The notes beneath the pieces are model-generated. The model was not told the origin of the DNA. It ran no database searches and saw nothing but the letters and a program-made list of their open reading frames with translations. Shown here piece after piece: positions 15,366 to 24,702 of a stretch of DNA of 64,000 bases; position 1 is the stretch's first letter, and every line of letters starts with the position of its first letter. Where the stretch lies: NCBI GenBank assembly GCA_025454255.1, contig JALOOU010000001.1, positions 58,316-122,315 on the forward strand. Reading direction: 5' to 3'. This stretch comes from Desulfobacterales bacterium. GTDB lineage: Bacteria; Desulfobacterota; Desulfobacteria; Desulfobacterales; SpSt-501. The position numbers and the translations under genes are program-made.

Positions 15366-16078
15366 CCGACGCCGATGCGGAAGCGCCGATCATCCGCCTG
15401 GTCCGCGTGCAGCACGCCTACGGTCGCCACCAGGCCCTTGCCGACCTGAACGTCGACATCGCCAAAAACGAATGGGTGTTCATCACCGGCCCGAGCGGGG
15501 CCGGCAAGAGCACGTTGCTCAAGCTGCTCTATTTCGGAGCGAAGGCGACCGCCGGCGAGGTGCTCATCGACGGCGTCAATCCGGCACGGCTTGCGCCCCG
15601 CCGCATTCCCCTGCTGCGCCGCCGGTGCGGGGTGATCTTCCAGGATTACAAATTGATCCCCGGCCGCAGTGTTTTCGACAACGTCGCCCTGGTGCTGGAG
15701 GCGGGCGGCTACCGACGATCCCTGATCCCCCAGAAAGTGCGCGCGGTGCTGCGCCTGGTGGGCATGGAGGCGCAGGCGGACAGCCTGCCCCCCCGGCTCT
15801 CGGGCGGGGAACAGCAGCGGGTGGCCGTGGCGCGGGCGCTCGTCGGCGACCCCACGATCATCCTGGCGGATGAGCCGACCGGCAGCCTGGACGAGGTGTC
15901 CGCCCGGGCCGTCCTCGAATTGCTGCGCACGGCCTTCATCCGCGGCGCCACCGTCGTGATCGCCACCCACGACCAGGGGCTCATCCGAGAGACCGGCGGA
16001 CGAGTGCTGCGCTTGGACCGGGGGAGGCTGGCGCACTCGGAACACGTGGAAAAGCGCCATGATCGCAGGGCACATTAA
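15362..16078 (+). CDS. ftsE: cell-division ABC ATPase FtsE
   Basis: Walker A GPSGAGKST, signature LSGGEQQRVAVARAL and Walker B ILADEPTGSLD. The ATG overlaps the tolC stop (ATGA at 15362-15365). Confidence 0.85.
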   Translation: MTDADAEAPIIRLVRVQHAYGRHQALADLNVDIAKNEWVFITGPSGAGKSTLLKLLYFGAKATAGEVLIDGVNPARLAPRRIPLLRRRCGVIFQDYKLIPGRSVFDNVALVLEAGGYRRSLIPQKVRAVLRLVGMEAQADSLPPRLSGGEQQRVAVARALVGDPTIILADEPTGSLDEVSARAVLELLRTAFIRGATVVIATHDQGLIRETGGRVLRLDRGRLAHSEHVEKRHDRRAH

Positions 16079-16928
16079 GCGCGCGCTCGATGACCTGTCG
16101 GCCAACCGCATTCTCAGCCTCCTCGCCGTCGCCACCATCGCCCTCTCCGTTCTGATGGTCAGCCTGGCGGCCCTGATAGCGCTGAACACGGATCGCGCCT
16201 TGAGGCAATGGCAGAAAAGCGCGCGGATCATGGCCTATCTCAATGCCGACGGCAGCGCGGGTGCAGCGGAGCTCGCCCGGTCGATCCGGGCCGTCCCGGG
16301 CGTCGATTCGGCCCGCTTCATCGCGCGCGACGAGGCCCTGTCCGATCTCAAGGCCCGGATGGCCCATGGCGCATCGCTGCTCGCGAACCTTGCCGAGAAC
16401 CCTCTGCCGGATGCGTTTGAGATCAGCCTGCGCCCCGACGAGGAAGGCTGGGAGCGCCTGGAGGGCGTGGCCGGCCGCATCCGCTTGCTGCCGGGGATCG
16501 AGGAGGTCGAATACGGGCAGCAGTGGTTCGGGGCGCTGCGGGACCTCGCCCGCCTGCTGCGGACGGCGAGCCTCGTGATGACCGGGCTGTTTTTCATCGC
16601 CGCGCTCGCCATCGTCGCCAACACCATCCGCCTGGTCGTCGCCTCCCGCCGGGAAGAGGTGGACATCATGCGGCTGGTCGGGGCTTCGGAGGGGTTCATT
16701 CGGGCCCCGTTCTACATTTCGGGTATGATCCAGGCGCTGGCGGGCGCGGCGATCGGGCTCGCGGGGCTGTTTGCGCTGTTCGATGCGCTTGCCGCGCGCG
16801 CCGAACTCGGGTGGCTGACGGAGCTCGTCCAGCTTCGCTTTTTGTCTCCCGCGATGATGGGTGCCATCATCGCGGCCAGCATGGTCGTGGGCGCGCTGGG
16901 GTCTCACCTGTCCCTGCGCCGGAATTGA
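16059..16928 (+). CDS. ftsX: cell-division permease-like protein FtsX
   Basis: 289 aa with one N-terminal TM helix, a periplasmic domain and three C-terminal TM helices (FtsX topology). It overlaps the ftsE end by 20 nt. Confidence 0.8.
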   Translation: MIAGHIKRALDDLSANRILSLLAVATIALSVLMVSLAALIALNTDRALRQWQKSARIMAYLNADGSAGAAELARSIRAVPGVDSARFIARDEALSDLKARMAHGASLLANLAENPLPDAFEISLRPDEEGWERLEGVAGRIRLLPGIEEVEYGQQWFGALRDLARLLRTASLVMTGLFFIAALAIVANTIRLVVASRREEVDIMRLVGASEGFIRAPFYISGMIQALAGAAIGLAGLFALFDALAARAELGWLTELVQLRFLSPAMMGAIIAASMVVGALGSHLSLRRN

Positions 16929-16978
16929 CCGGCCGAACGGGTCGCGCCGATCGCCACGGGCCCACCGGCACGGAGCAG

Positions 16979-18166
16979 ATGCCACGGATCAACTTCATAG
17001 GGTGTTGGACGGCGGCAGCCTGGATCGCTCTGTCTGCGGGCGCCGCCGGACAAGTTCCGCCGCATGCCCCCCGATCGGACACCGCCCCCCCCCTGGCGCG
17101 GCAGGAGGCGGAGGCGCTGAGGCAGGACATCCGCCGGCAGGAGGCGGAAGTCGACCTCTTTGAGCGCGACGAGAGCGATATCGCCGCCGCACTGGAGAGC
17201 GCCGGCCGGGCGCTCCAACGCTATCGCCGCCAGGCCGCGGCCCTGCAGCGGGAGATCGCCGAAATCGGCCGGAACATCGCCAGCACCGAGGTCGTTGCAG
17301 AAGACCTGCAGCACCGGATCCGCACCGGCGAGGCGAACCGCGCCCAGCGGCTGGTCGCGCTCTACAAGACCCATGCCCTGGGAATCGCGCTGCATCCCTT
17401 CCCGGCGGATTCGCTGCATGCGTGGCTTCAGCGCCGCAGGGCCCTCGAGCAGATTTCAGCCTACGACGAGCGGCTCCTGCGGGCGCTGCTGGCCCACCAC
17501 GCCGACCTGCAGCGGGTGCAGGACCGGCTGGAGCGGCAGCGGGGTCTTCTCCGGCAGCGTTTGCAGGAACAAGAGGCCCAGTTCGCCGGCGCCGCACGCG
17601 AATCGGCCAACCGGGAGCATCTTCTGGCCCAGATTCGCAGCCGCAAGGAACTCCAGAGGGCCGTGCTCGAAAACCTGAAGCAGGCCGCGGCGGAATTGGA
17701 CCAGGCCATCGATGGGCTGAGCCTGCACGCACGCTCCGAGACCCATCGTCCCCCGATCCCCTTTGCGGAGGCGAAAGGCTTGCTTATCTTTCCCGTAAAG
17801 GGTAAGATTGTAAAAAAGTTCGGGCCGTTCAACCATTCCGCACCCCATGTTCAGGCCTACCGCGGCGGTGTCGAAATCGCCGCGGACCGGGGAGAGCCGG
17901 TCAGGGCCGTGCATGCCGGGCGGGTGGTGTACGCCGGCTGGTTCAAGGGATACGGCAACGTCCTCATTATCGACCACGGGCAGCACTACTACACCGTGCA
18001 CGCCTTTCTGGAAGACCTCTTCATACCGGTCGGCAGCCCCGTGGACGCCGGCGATGTGGTTGCGACAGTCGGGGACTCCGGAACCATGGGGAGCTCCGTA
18101 TTCTATTTTGAGCTGCGCCATCGCGACACTCCGCTCGACCCGCTGGAGTGGTTCAAACAGCGCTGA
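16979..18166 (+). CDS. EnvC-like murein hydrolase activator (coiled coil plus degenerate LytM/M23 domain)
   Basis: Start set at MPRINFIGCW (signal-like). A long Gln/Arg/Glu/Leu-rich coiled coil precedes the C-terminal M23 fold. The metal ligands are replaced (YRGGVEIAA instead of HxxxD, VFYFELRH instead of HLHFE). Confidence 0.75.
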   Translation: MPRINFIGCWTAAAWIALSAGAAGQVPPHAPRSDTAPPLARQEAEALRQDIRRQEAEVDLFERDESDIAAALESAGRALQRYRRQAAALQREIAEIGRNIASTEVVAEDLQHRIRTGEANRAQRLVALYKTHALGIALHPFPADSLHAWLQRRRALEQISAYDERLLRALLAHHADLQRVQDRLERQRGLLRQRLQEQEAQFAGAARESANREHLLAQIRSRKELQRAVLENLKQAAAELDQAIDGLSLHARSETHRPPIPFAEAKGLLIFPVKGKIVKKFGPFNHSAPHVQAYRGGVEIAADRGEPVRAVHAGRVVYAGWFKGYGNVLIIDHGQHYYTVHAFLEDLFIPVGSPVDAGDVVATVGDSGTMGSSVFYFELRHRDTPLDPLEWFKQR

Positions 18167-18267
18167 CCTTCTCTTCGAAACCAAATTCTCGAATGATCGA
18201 AACGCCGGAGAAATGGGGCGGCAGCAAGCCCCGCCGGCGAGGGAGATCAAGTCAAAGGAGCAACCCC

Positions 18268-19632
18268 ATGAAGGGCATTGTCAACCGGCCCGTAAAAATC
18301 TGGCTTGTCATGGTGACCGCCGTCGTCTTTTGGATGATGGGCGCGGGGCTTCAAAAAGCCAACTCGGCCAACCCTGAGGATCTATACGAGGGGCTGAAAC
18401 TGTTTTCCGATGTCATTGAGCTGATCCAGCGGGAGTATGTGGACGATGTCGATCCCAAGGAGCTCATCCAAAAGGCCATTCAGGGCATGGTGCAGGGCCT
18501 GGACCCCCACTCCTCGCTGCTGCCGCAGGACGCCTTCGAGGATCTCCAGATCGACACCAAGGGGAAGTTCACCGGCATCGGCATCCACATCACCATGCGC
18601 AACGGTTTCGTCACCGTCATCTCGCCGATCGAGGACACGCCGGCGCACAAAGCAGGGATCGAAGCCGGGGACCGCATCATCAAGGTGGACGGCCAGTTAG
18701 CCAAGGACCTGCGGGAGGCCGTGCGGATGATGCGGGGGCCGAAGGGCTCCAAGGTGGCGGTCACGATCATGCGCGAAGGCATCAAAAAACCCCTCGAATT
18801 CGAACTGGTGCGGGATGAAATCCCGATTCTGAGCGTAAAATCCATCGTGCTCAAACCGGGGTATGCCTATGTGCGCCTGTCCAATTTTACGGGGACCACG
18901 ACCCAGGAGTTCGAAAAGGCGCTCGAAAAACTCGAGGCGGAGGCCGCCCCGATGAAGGGGTTGATATTGGACCTGCGCAACAACGGGGGCGGGCTGCTCA
19001 ACCAGGCGATCAGCATCGCGGATATTTTCATCGACAAGGGGCAGATCCTTTCCATCAAGGGCCGGGAGAAGAAGAACACCAAGGTGTTCAACGCGACGCC
19101 CTCGGCCGTGCAACGCAGCTACCCGATCGTGGTGCTCATCAACGGCGGCACCGCCAGCGCATCGGAGATTGTCGCCGGCGCCCTTCAGGACCACAAACGC
19201 GCGCTCGTTTTAGGCGCCGCATCCTTCGGCAAGGGGTCGGTGCAAACCGTGGAGACCCTGCGCGACGGCTCGGGCTTGAAGCTCACCATCGCGCGCTACT
19301 ACACGCCCAGCGGGCGCTCCATCCAGGCCAAGGGGATCGAGCCCGACATCGTTCTCAAGTTCAAACGCCTGGACACGGCGGAGGCCCCCGAAAAGGACGA
19401 CGGCTTCTTCAAGGAGAAGGACCTGGAGAACCACCTCGAAGCCGAGGGCGACGGGGACAAGACCGCCCCGCAGACGCCGCCGAAACCGGACGCGAAAAAA
19501 ACCGACAGCATCAAGGATGCCGAATCCCGGGTCGGACCGCTTAAACTGGAAGCGCTGCAAACCGACAATCAGATCATGCGCGCGCTCGAAATCCTGACCG
19601 GGTTCGAGGTGCTCCGCCATGTCAAAGGCTGA
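18268..19632 (+). CDS. S41 family C-terminal processing peptidase (Ctp/Prc-like)
   Basis: ATG at 18268 after AAAGGAG. TM/signal segment, PDZ domain (GIGIHITMRNGFVTVISPIEDTPAHKAGIEAGDRIIKVDG) and S41 catalytic motifs (NGGGLL, GGTASASEIVAGALQD, GKGSVQT). Confidence 0.9.
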   Translation: MKGIVNRPVKIWLVMVTAVVFWMMGAGLQKANSANPEDLYEGLKLFSDVIELIQREYVDDVDPKELIQKAIQGMVQGLDPHSSLLPQDAFEDLQIDTKGKFTGIGIHITMRNGFVTVISPIEDTPAHKAGIEAGDRIIKVDGQLAKDLREAVRMMRGPKGSKVAVTIMREGIKKPLEFELVRDEIPILSVKSIVLKPGYAYVRLSNFTGTTTQEFEKALEKLEAEAAPMKGLILDLRNNGGGLLNQAISIADIFIDKGQILSIKGREKKNTKVFNATPSAVQRSYPIVVLINGGTASASEIVAGALQDHKRALVLGAASFGKGSVQTVETLRDGSGLKLTIARYYTPSGRSIQAKGIEPDIVLKFKRLDTAEAPEKDDGFFKEKDLENHLEAEGDGDKTAPQTPPKPDAKKTDSIKDAESRVGPLKLEALQTDNQIMRALEILTGFEVLRHVKG

Positions 19633-19665
19633 TCCCGGCGGGCATCCCTCTGCCGGCGCATCGCC

Positions 19666-20748
19666 ATGGCCAAGTCCACGCCCACCCGCAAGGGTAAACG
19701 CCGCCCCGCGAAAGGCCGCAGCAAGAAGGCCCCCGGGCTGAGCTGGAAGGCGCTGGGGGCGATCGCCGTTGTCGGCCTGCTGGTCCTCGGCGCGGTGGCG
19801 CTGATGCGCATGTGGGCTCCCGCGGAGCGCCGGCCGGCCGCGGCCGAGCGCGCCAAACCGCCGCTCAGAGAGCCTGCCGCCGCGGCCCGGGTTCAGCCCG
19901 CCGAAAAACAGCCGAAGGCCCCTGCGGCACCCTCCCGCCCGACCGAGCAGCCGGCCCCGCCACAAAGGCCGGCTTCCGAAACCCCGACGGCGAAGCCGCC
20001 CCCTGCGCCGTCGACCGAACCGGATGGCCTGCGCGCTGCGCTGCCACCGCCGGCACCGGATCTGCCGCCGGTCAAGAAGCGTCCGCGCGTGGCGATCATC
20101 ATCGACGATATGGGCCATGACCGGCAGATGGCCGAAAAATTTGTCGGACTCCATGCGCCGGTCACCTTCGCCATTCTGCCGCACAGCCCCTACCAGGAGG
20201 CGATCGCCCGCCTGGCGTATGAACGCGGCCTGGAGGTCATGCTGCACCTGCCCATGGAACCTATCGAATACCCGGAGGTCAACCCCGGGCCGGGCGCGCT
20301 TCTGACATCGATGGATCCGGACGAGCTGCTGCGCGTACTCGAGAAGAACCTCAAGGCGGTGCCTCACATCAAAGGCGTCAACAACCACATGGGCTCCCGG
20401 CTGACGGCCAACTCCGAGCAGATGTACCAGGTCTTTACGGTGCTAAAGCGCCACGGGCTTTATTTCGTGGACAGCCGCACCACCGAGGAGAGCGTCTGCC
20501 GGCCGTCGGCGCGGCTGTTTCAGCTGCCCTTCGCCCAGCGGGATGTGTTCCTGGACCACGCCCAAGACCCGGCATCCATTCGCAAACAGCTCCGGGAGCT
20601 GGTGCGCATCGCCCTGCGCAGGGGCGAGGCGCTGGGGATCGGCCATCCGCACCCGAACACCTATCAGGTCCTCAAGGAGGAGCTGCCGGCGCTACGCGAG
20701 CAGCTGGAGCTCGTGCCCGCCTCGAGCCTGACCCGGCCGGTCGGGTAG
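19666..20748 (+). CDS. divergent polysaccharide deacetylase family protein (YibQ-like)
   Basis: N-terminal basic segment plus one TM helix, a Pro/Ala-rich linker, then a YibQ-like domain (VAIIIDDMGHD ... FAILPHSPY ... MLHLPMEP ... NNHMGSRLT). Confidence 0.8.
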   Translation: MAKSTPTRKGKRRPAKGRSKKAPGLSWKALGAIAVVGLLVLGAVALMRMWAPAERRPAAAERAKPPLREPAAAARVQPAEKQPKAPAAPSRPTEQPAPPQRPASETPTAKPPPAPSTEPDGLRAALPPPAPDLPPVKKRPRVAIIIDDMGHDRQMAEKFVGLHAPVTFAILPHSPYQEAIARLAYERGLEVMLHLPMEPIEYPEVNPGPGALLTSMDPDELLRVLEKNLKAVPHIKGVNNHMGSRLTANSEQMYQVFTVLKRHGLYFVDSRTTEESVCRPSARLFQLPFAQRDVFLDHAQDPASIRKQLRELVRIALRRGEALGIGHPHPNTYQVLKEELPALREQLELVPASSLTRPVG

Positions 20749-20888
20749 AGCGCGGGTTGAGCGGATTGGGGGAAACGGCGGAAGTCCCGCGGCGGCATGA
20801 TGAGAAGCGCCCCTCCCGAAACGGCCGGCAGCTGCCGGGCATGGCGCCCTCGCGGGGCTAAACCGTCTTGCGGGGCAACGGTGTCCCG

Positions 20889-21542
20889 TCAGGCCGGTTG
20901 GAGGGTCGCGTACAGAGCCTCCGGTGACAGAAAGCTGAATTCGTAGCGGGCAAAACTGATGAGCGCCCCGTCGTGAAGCCTCACCGGCTTGCCCTCCAAC
21001 CGCTCCCCATTCAGCGTCGTCCCGTTGGTGGACCCGCAGTCTCTCAGCAGATAGTCCCCGCCGCGGATTTCAATCAGCGCATGCTTCTTGGATATGGCGT
21101 AGTCGGGTATGATGAGGTCGTTGGAGTCGCTGCGACCGATCGAAAAGAGCATGCCGGCGGAGGCGGCAAACTCGCCCTTCACCAACGGGTAGATGGCATG
21201 CTGCAGGCTCTCTGAGGCCGAGGCGCCGTCCGATCCCTCCTCGACCGGCTCGAAGAGGACCGTCCGGTTCAGCTCGCGCCTCCCCGCGGCGGAAGCCGCC
21301 GCCAAGCTGCCGAGGCGGATCCCCGAACCGGCCAGCACCGGCCGCTGCATGAACCGGAGAAACTCCTCCCGGCCTGTGGCGGCGACCATCCGCTGCAGCA
21401 GCGGCAACCCGATCCGCCCCGAGGAATTGACCAGTTTCGCCACCCCACCGGCGGGCGGGACCCTATCCTCGCCGCGCTTCTGGGCGTTCGCTTCAGCCGG
21501 CTCGCTGCGTCCGGACAACTTGCTCAAGGATCTAAACAGCAT
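20889..21542 (-). CDS. FHA domain-containing protein
   Basis: C-terminal FHA motif (IGRSDSNDLIIPDYAISKKHALIEIRGGDYLLRDCGSTNGTTLNGERL). Confidence 0.8.
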   Translation of the reverse strand: MLFRSLSKLSGRSEPAEANAQKRGEDRVPPAGGVAKLVNSSGRIGLPLLQRMVAATGREEFLRFMQRPVLAGSGIRLGSLAAASAAGRRELNRTVLFEPVEEGSDGASASESLQHAIYPLVKGEFAASAGMLFSIGRSDSNDLIIPDYAISKKHALIEIRGGDYLLRDCGSTNGTTLNGERLEGKPVRLHDGALISFARYEFSFLSPEALYATLQPA

Positions 21543-21623
21543 ACCCGTGCGATTCCTGCATCCTCAAATAAATGGAGATGGGCGACACCGGCGGCGGCCG
21601 GCGATCGGAGGCGCCGGTGCAAT

Positions 21624-21652
21624 TTGACTCACCGCGCGAAGGCTTATATGAT
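21624..21652 (+). promoter_or_regulatory. putative sigma70-type promoter of the 7TM-HD gene
   Basis: TTGACT (21624-21629), a 17-nt spacer, then TATGAT (21647-21652). Confidence 0.45.
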
Positions 21653-21711
21653 CCTGCCCCTGAGATCGATCATCGGCCGTCCGCGTGAAAACTTGAGCCT
21701 TCGGCCCAAGA

Positions 21712-23445
21712 ATGCCTCGGGTCATACACCCGGCGCCAACACAGGCTCGAATGATACGGCTTTTCCTCAACGTCAGTCTGATCCTCACCGTCTTCATCGC
21801 ATGCTACCTCGAGGATGTCGTCCTCTCTTTCCGGCCGCCGCGGGAGGGTCAGCGGGCCCTGTTCACGCTGCGGTATCTGAACCCGGCGCCCCCGGGCCAA
21901 CCCTCCGTCGCCCCGGGCGGGGTGGACGACGAAGCCACGCCGAGACCGCCGCCCGCCCCCGCGTCGCTCTCGGCCCGCTGGCCGCCCTCGGGCCCCTGGG
22001 TGATCGCCCCCGGCGAGACGATCATTCCGTTTTTGAGGCTCTTGGACGAGCAGGACGTCCGGCTGATCCAAAGCGCCTACCGATCCGACGGGGCGGCGGC
22101 CCATCATTACTTAAGCGGCCCCCTGCTCCTGTTCACCATGGTCTTCGTGGCGGGGTTCCTGGCCGTGTTTCGCGCCGCTCTGCCCCAGACCCGATCCCGG
22201 CGCACCGGTTCGCAAAACCTGGTGCTGGCGCTCCTGATCCTGCACCTGGCCCTGATGAAGGCGCTGCTTCTGTTTACTCCGCTGCCCGCGCACATGCTCC
22301 CCTACGGGCTCTTGCCGCTGCTGATGGTGGGTTTGAACCAGAGCCGAGCGCTGGCGGTGGGCGCCGCTGTCTCAGCGGCCATTCTGTCGGCGCTTTTCGT
22401 CGACCCGACCTTTACAAGCCTGATCGGCCTGCTGGTGGCCGGGTTGACGGCAGCGCTGGCGGCCAACGCCATGACCCGCGCGGGCGACGCGGTCCTGCCC
22501 GGACTGTTGATCGGCCTCGCCGGCGCGGCGTTTTTTTCCGTTGCGAATTTTTCGGCCTGGCAGGCCGTGGCCGACCCGCTCGAAGGCCCGCTGCGGCTCT
22601 CCAGCCTCAGTGCGATCGCAACCCAGCCGGTGGTCGCCGCAACGGCGCTGACGTTCGGCGGGGCCTTCCTGGCGGTGCTTTTGGCCCTGGTTCTCCTGCC
22701 GCTGCTGCGCACGACCCGGTATTTGTCGACCACCCTCAAGCTCAGACGCTTCGCGGATTTGGACCACCCCAGCCTGAAAAAACTGTTCAACGAGGCCCCC
22801 GGGACCTACCAGCACTCGCTGGGGGTGGCCTATCTGGCCCAATCCGCCGGAGATGCCACCGGCGCGGACGCCCTGCTGCTCAGAATCGGCGGCTACTACC
22901 ACGACATCGGCAAAGTACTGAGCCCCGGGGAATTCGCCGAAAACCAGTTCAACGGGCCCAACCCCCACGACCGCCTCGACCCCGCAGAGAGCGTGAGCCG
23001 CATCATCCGGCACGTCGGCGACGGGGCGAGGCTCGCGGCGGAACTGCGGATTCCCAAAATGGTGCTCGACCTCATCCCCCAGCATCACGGGACTCAGCTG
23101 GTCGAGTATTTCTACGACAAGGCGCTGAAGGCTAAATCCGAGCCCCCTGCCCGGGAGATCGACTTCCGCTACCCCGGCCCCAGACCCCAGAGCCTGGAGG
23201 CCGCCGTTCTGATGATCGCCGATGCGGTGGAAGCCGCCGCCCGAACCCTAAAAGACCCCTCCCGCGCCGCCTTCGACAAGCTGGTTCGCATGATCATCGT
23301 CAAGCGCATCGCGGACGGCCAGTTCAGCGAGTGCGATCTGGACACCCGCGAGATCGAGAAGATCACCGCGGCCCTGGTCGACTGCCTGGAGGCCATGTTC
23401 CACTCCCGCATTCGCTACCCGTGGCAAAAAAGGCAAGCCCATTAG
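21712..23445 (+). CDS. 7TM receptor with intracellular HD hydrolase domain (PgpH/YqfF family)
   Basis: Multi-TM central region followed by an HD/HDIG domain (YQHSLGVAYLAQ ... GGYYHDIGK ... IPQHHGT). The start may be the internal ATG at 21751. Confidence 0.8.
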   Translation: MPRVIHPAPTQARMIRLFLNVSLILTVFIACYLEDVVLSFRPPREGQRALFTLRYLNPAPPGQPSVAPGGVDDEATPRPPPAPASLSARWPPSGPWVIAPGETIIPFLRLLDEQDVRLIQSAYRSDGAAAHHYLSGPLLLFTMVFVAGFLAVFRAALPQTRSRRTGSQNLVLALLILHLALMKALLLFTPLPAHMLPYGLLPLLMVGLNQSRALAVGAAVSAAILSALFVDPTFTSLIGLLVAGLTAALAANAMTRAGDAVLPGLLIGLAGAAFFSVANFSAWQAVADPLEGPLRLSSLSAIATQPVVAATALTFGGAFLAVLLALVLLPLLRTTRYLSTTLKLRRFADLDHPSLKKLFNEAPGTYQHSLGVAYLAQSAGDATGADALLLRIGGYYHDIGKVLSPGEFAENQFNGPNPHDRLDPAESVSRIIRHVGDGARLAAELRIPKMVLDLIPQHHGTQLVEYFYDKALKAKSEPPAREIDFRYPGPRPQSLEAAVLMIADAVEAAARTLKDPSRAAFDKLVRMIIVKRIADGQFSECDLDTREIEKITAALVDCLEAMFHSRIRYPWQKRQAH

Positions 23446-23580
23446 CTTGGTTCATGTTTGGGCTTGCGGAGCGCGGCGAGCCCTGCTAAAGAGCCGGATG
23501 CATAAAGGCGCCTCGCCCGAGGCGGGTGCCGAAAACCGTCGTCACTACCCCATCATCCTCAGCGCTCGAAAGGAATGCAA

Positions 23581-24702
23581 ATGCCACTGACCTTGATGGA
23601 GGGCAACGAGGCCATCGCCCGCGGCGCGGTGGCAGCCGGCTGCCGTTTTTTTGCGGGTTATCCGATCACCCCGGCCACCACCATCCTCAACCACATGCTG
23701 GCCATGCTGCCGCCCCTGGGCGGGGTCTGCATCCAGGGCGAGGACGAAATCGCCTCCATCGGGTTTTGCCTGGGCGCTTCCATGGCGGGAATGAAGGTGA
23801 TGACGGCCACCTCGGGCCCCGGCATCAGCCTCTACAGCGAGCAGATCTCCTTTGCCGTCGGCAGTGAAATCCCCATCGTGATCGTCGACATCCAGCGGCT
23901 GGGCCCCTCCACGGGCTCGGCCACCCGCGGTGCCGACGGCGACGTCCAATTTCTGCGCTGGGGCAACAGCGGCGGAATGCCGGTGATCGTGCTCGCCCCG
24001 ACCGACGTGCACGATTGCTTCACCCTGACCGTGCAGGCCTTCAACCTGGCCGAACACTACCGCTGCCCGGTGTTCGTGGCCTCCAACAAGGAGATCGCCA
24101 TGACCCGCGAGACGGTGCCGCTCGATGCGTTGCAGCCGCCGGCGCTGGTCGAGCGCAAGCCGCCGTCCTCCTCCGGCCCGTATCTGCCGTTTCAGGCCGC
24201 ACCCGGCGATGAGGTCCCGGGGTTTCTGCCCATCGGCGGCCGGACCCTGGTGCGGCAGACCTCCTCCACCCACGGGCCCGACGGCTACATCGCCACCGAC
24301 CCGGCCGCCATCGCGGCCATGCTCGCGCGCATGCAGCGCAAGATCGAGGGCGCCGTCGAGCGCTTTTCCTTCGTCGCACACCGGCCCGCACCCGGCGCCG
24401 ACACCCTGGTGCTCTCCTACGGGGTCAGCGCCCGGGCCGCCGACGTGGCGGCCGGCCGGCTCACCCGCCAGGGGCGGCCCGTCTCCTCGCTCGTGCTCAA
24501 GACCCTCTGGCCCGTTCCGGAGGCGGCCATCCGCCGCGCCGCCGCCGGCATCCGACGCGTCCTGGTGGTGGAGATGAACCTGGGCCAGTACGTCCACGAA
24601 ATCGCGCGGGTGCTGCCGGGCGTCGCGATCGCCCTGGTCGGCCAGATGGACGGGCGGTTGATCACCCCGGAGACGATCATGGAGGCGATTACCCATGGAT
24701 AG
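23581..24702 (+). CDS. 2-oxoacid:ferredoxin oxidoreductase, alpha subunit
   Basis: KorA/VorA-like N-terminus (MEGNEAIARGAVAAGCRFFAGYPITPAT). Two in-frame ATGs are possible (23575, 23581); the second is better spaced from GAAAGGA. Confidence 0.85.
   Translation: MPLTLMEGNEAIARGAVAAGCRFFAGYPITPATTILNHMLAMLPPLGGVCIQGEDEIASIGFCLGASMAGMKVMTATSGPGISLYSEQISFAVGSEIPIVIVDIQRLGPSTGSATRGADGDVQFLRWGNSGGMPVIVLAPTDVHDCFTLTVQAFNLAEHYRCPVFVASNKEIAMTRETVPLDALQPPALVERKPPSSSGPYLPFQAAPGDEVPGFLPIGGRTLVRQTSSTHGPDGYIATDPAAIAAMLARMQRKIEGAVERFSFVAHRPAPGADTLVLSYGVSARAADVAAGRLTRQGRPVSSLVLKTLWPVPEAAIRRAAAGIRRVLVVEMNLGQYVHEIARVLPGVAIALVGQMDGRLITPETIMEAITHG

Noticed and set aside
15122-16985. Minus-strand ORFs of 369 and 334 aa over ftsE/ftsX
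   Set aside because: They are antisense to genes with Walker/signature motifs and FtsX topology, and carry no motifs of their own.
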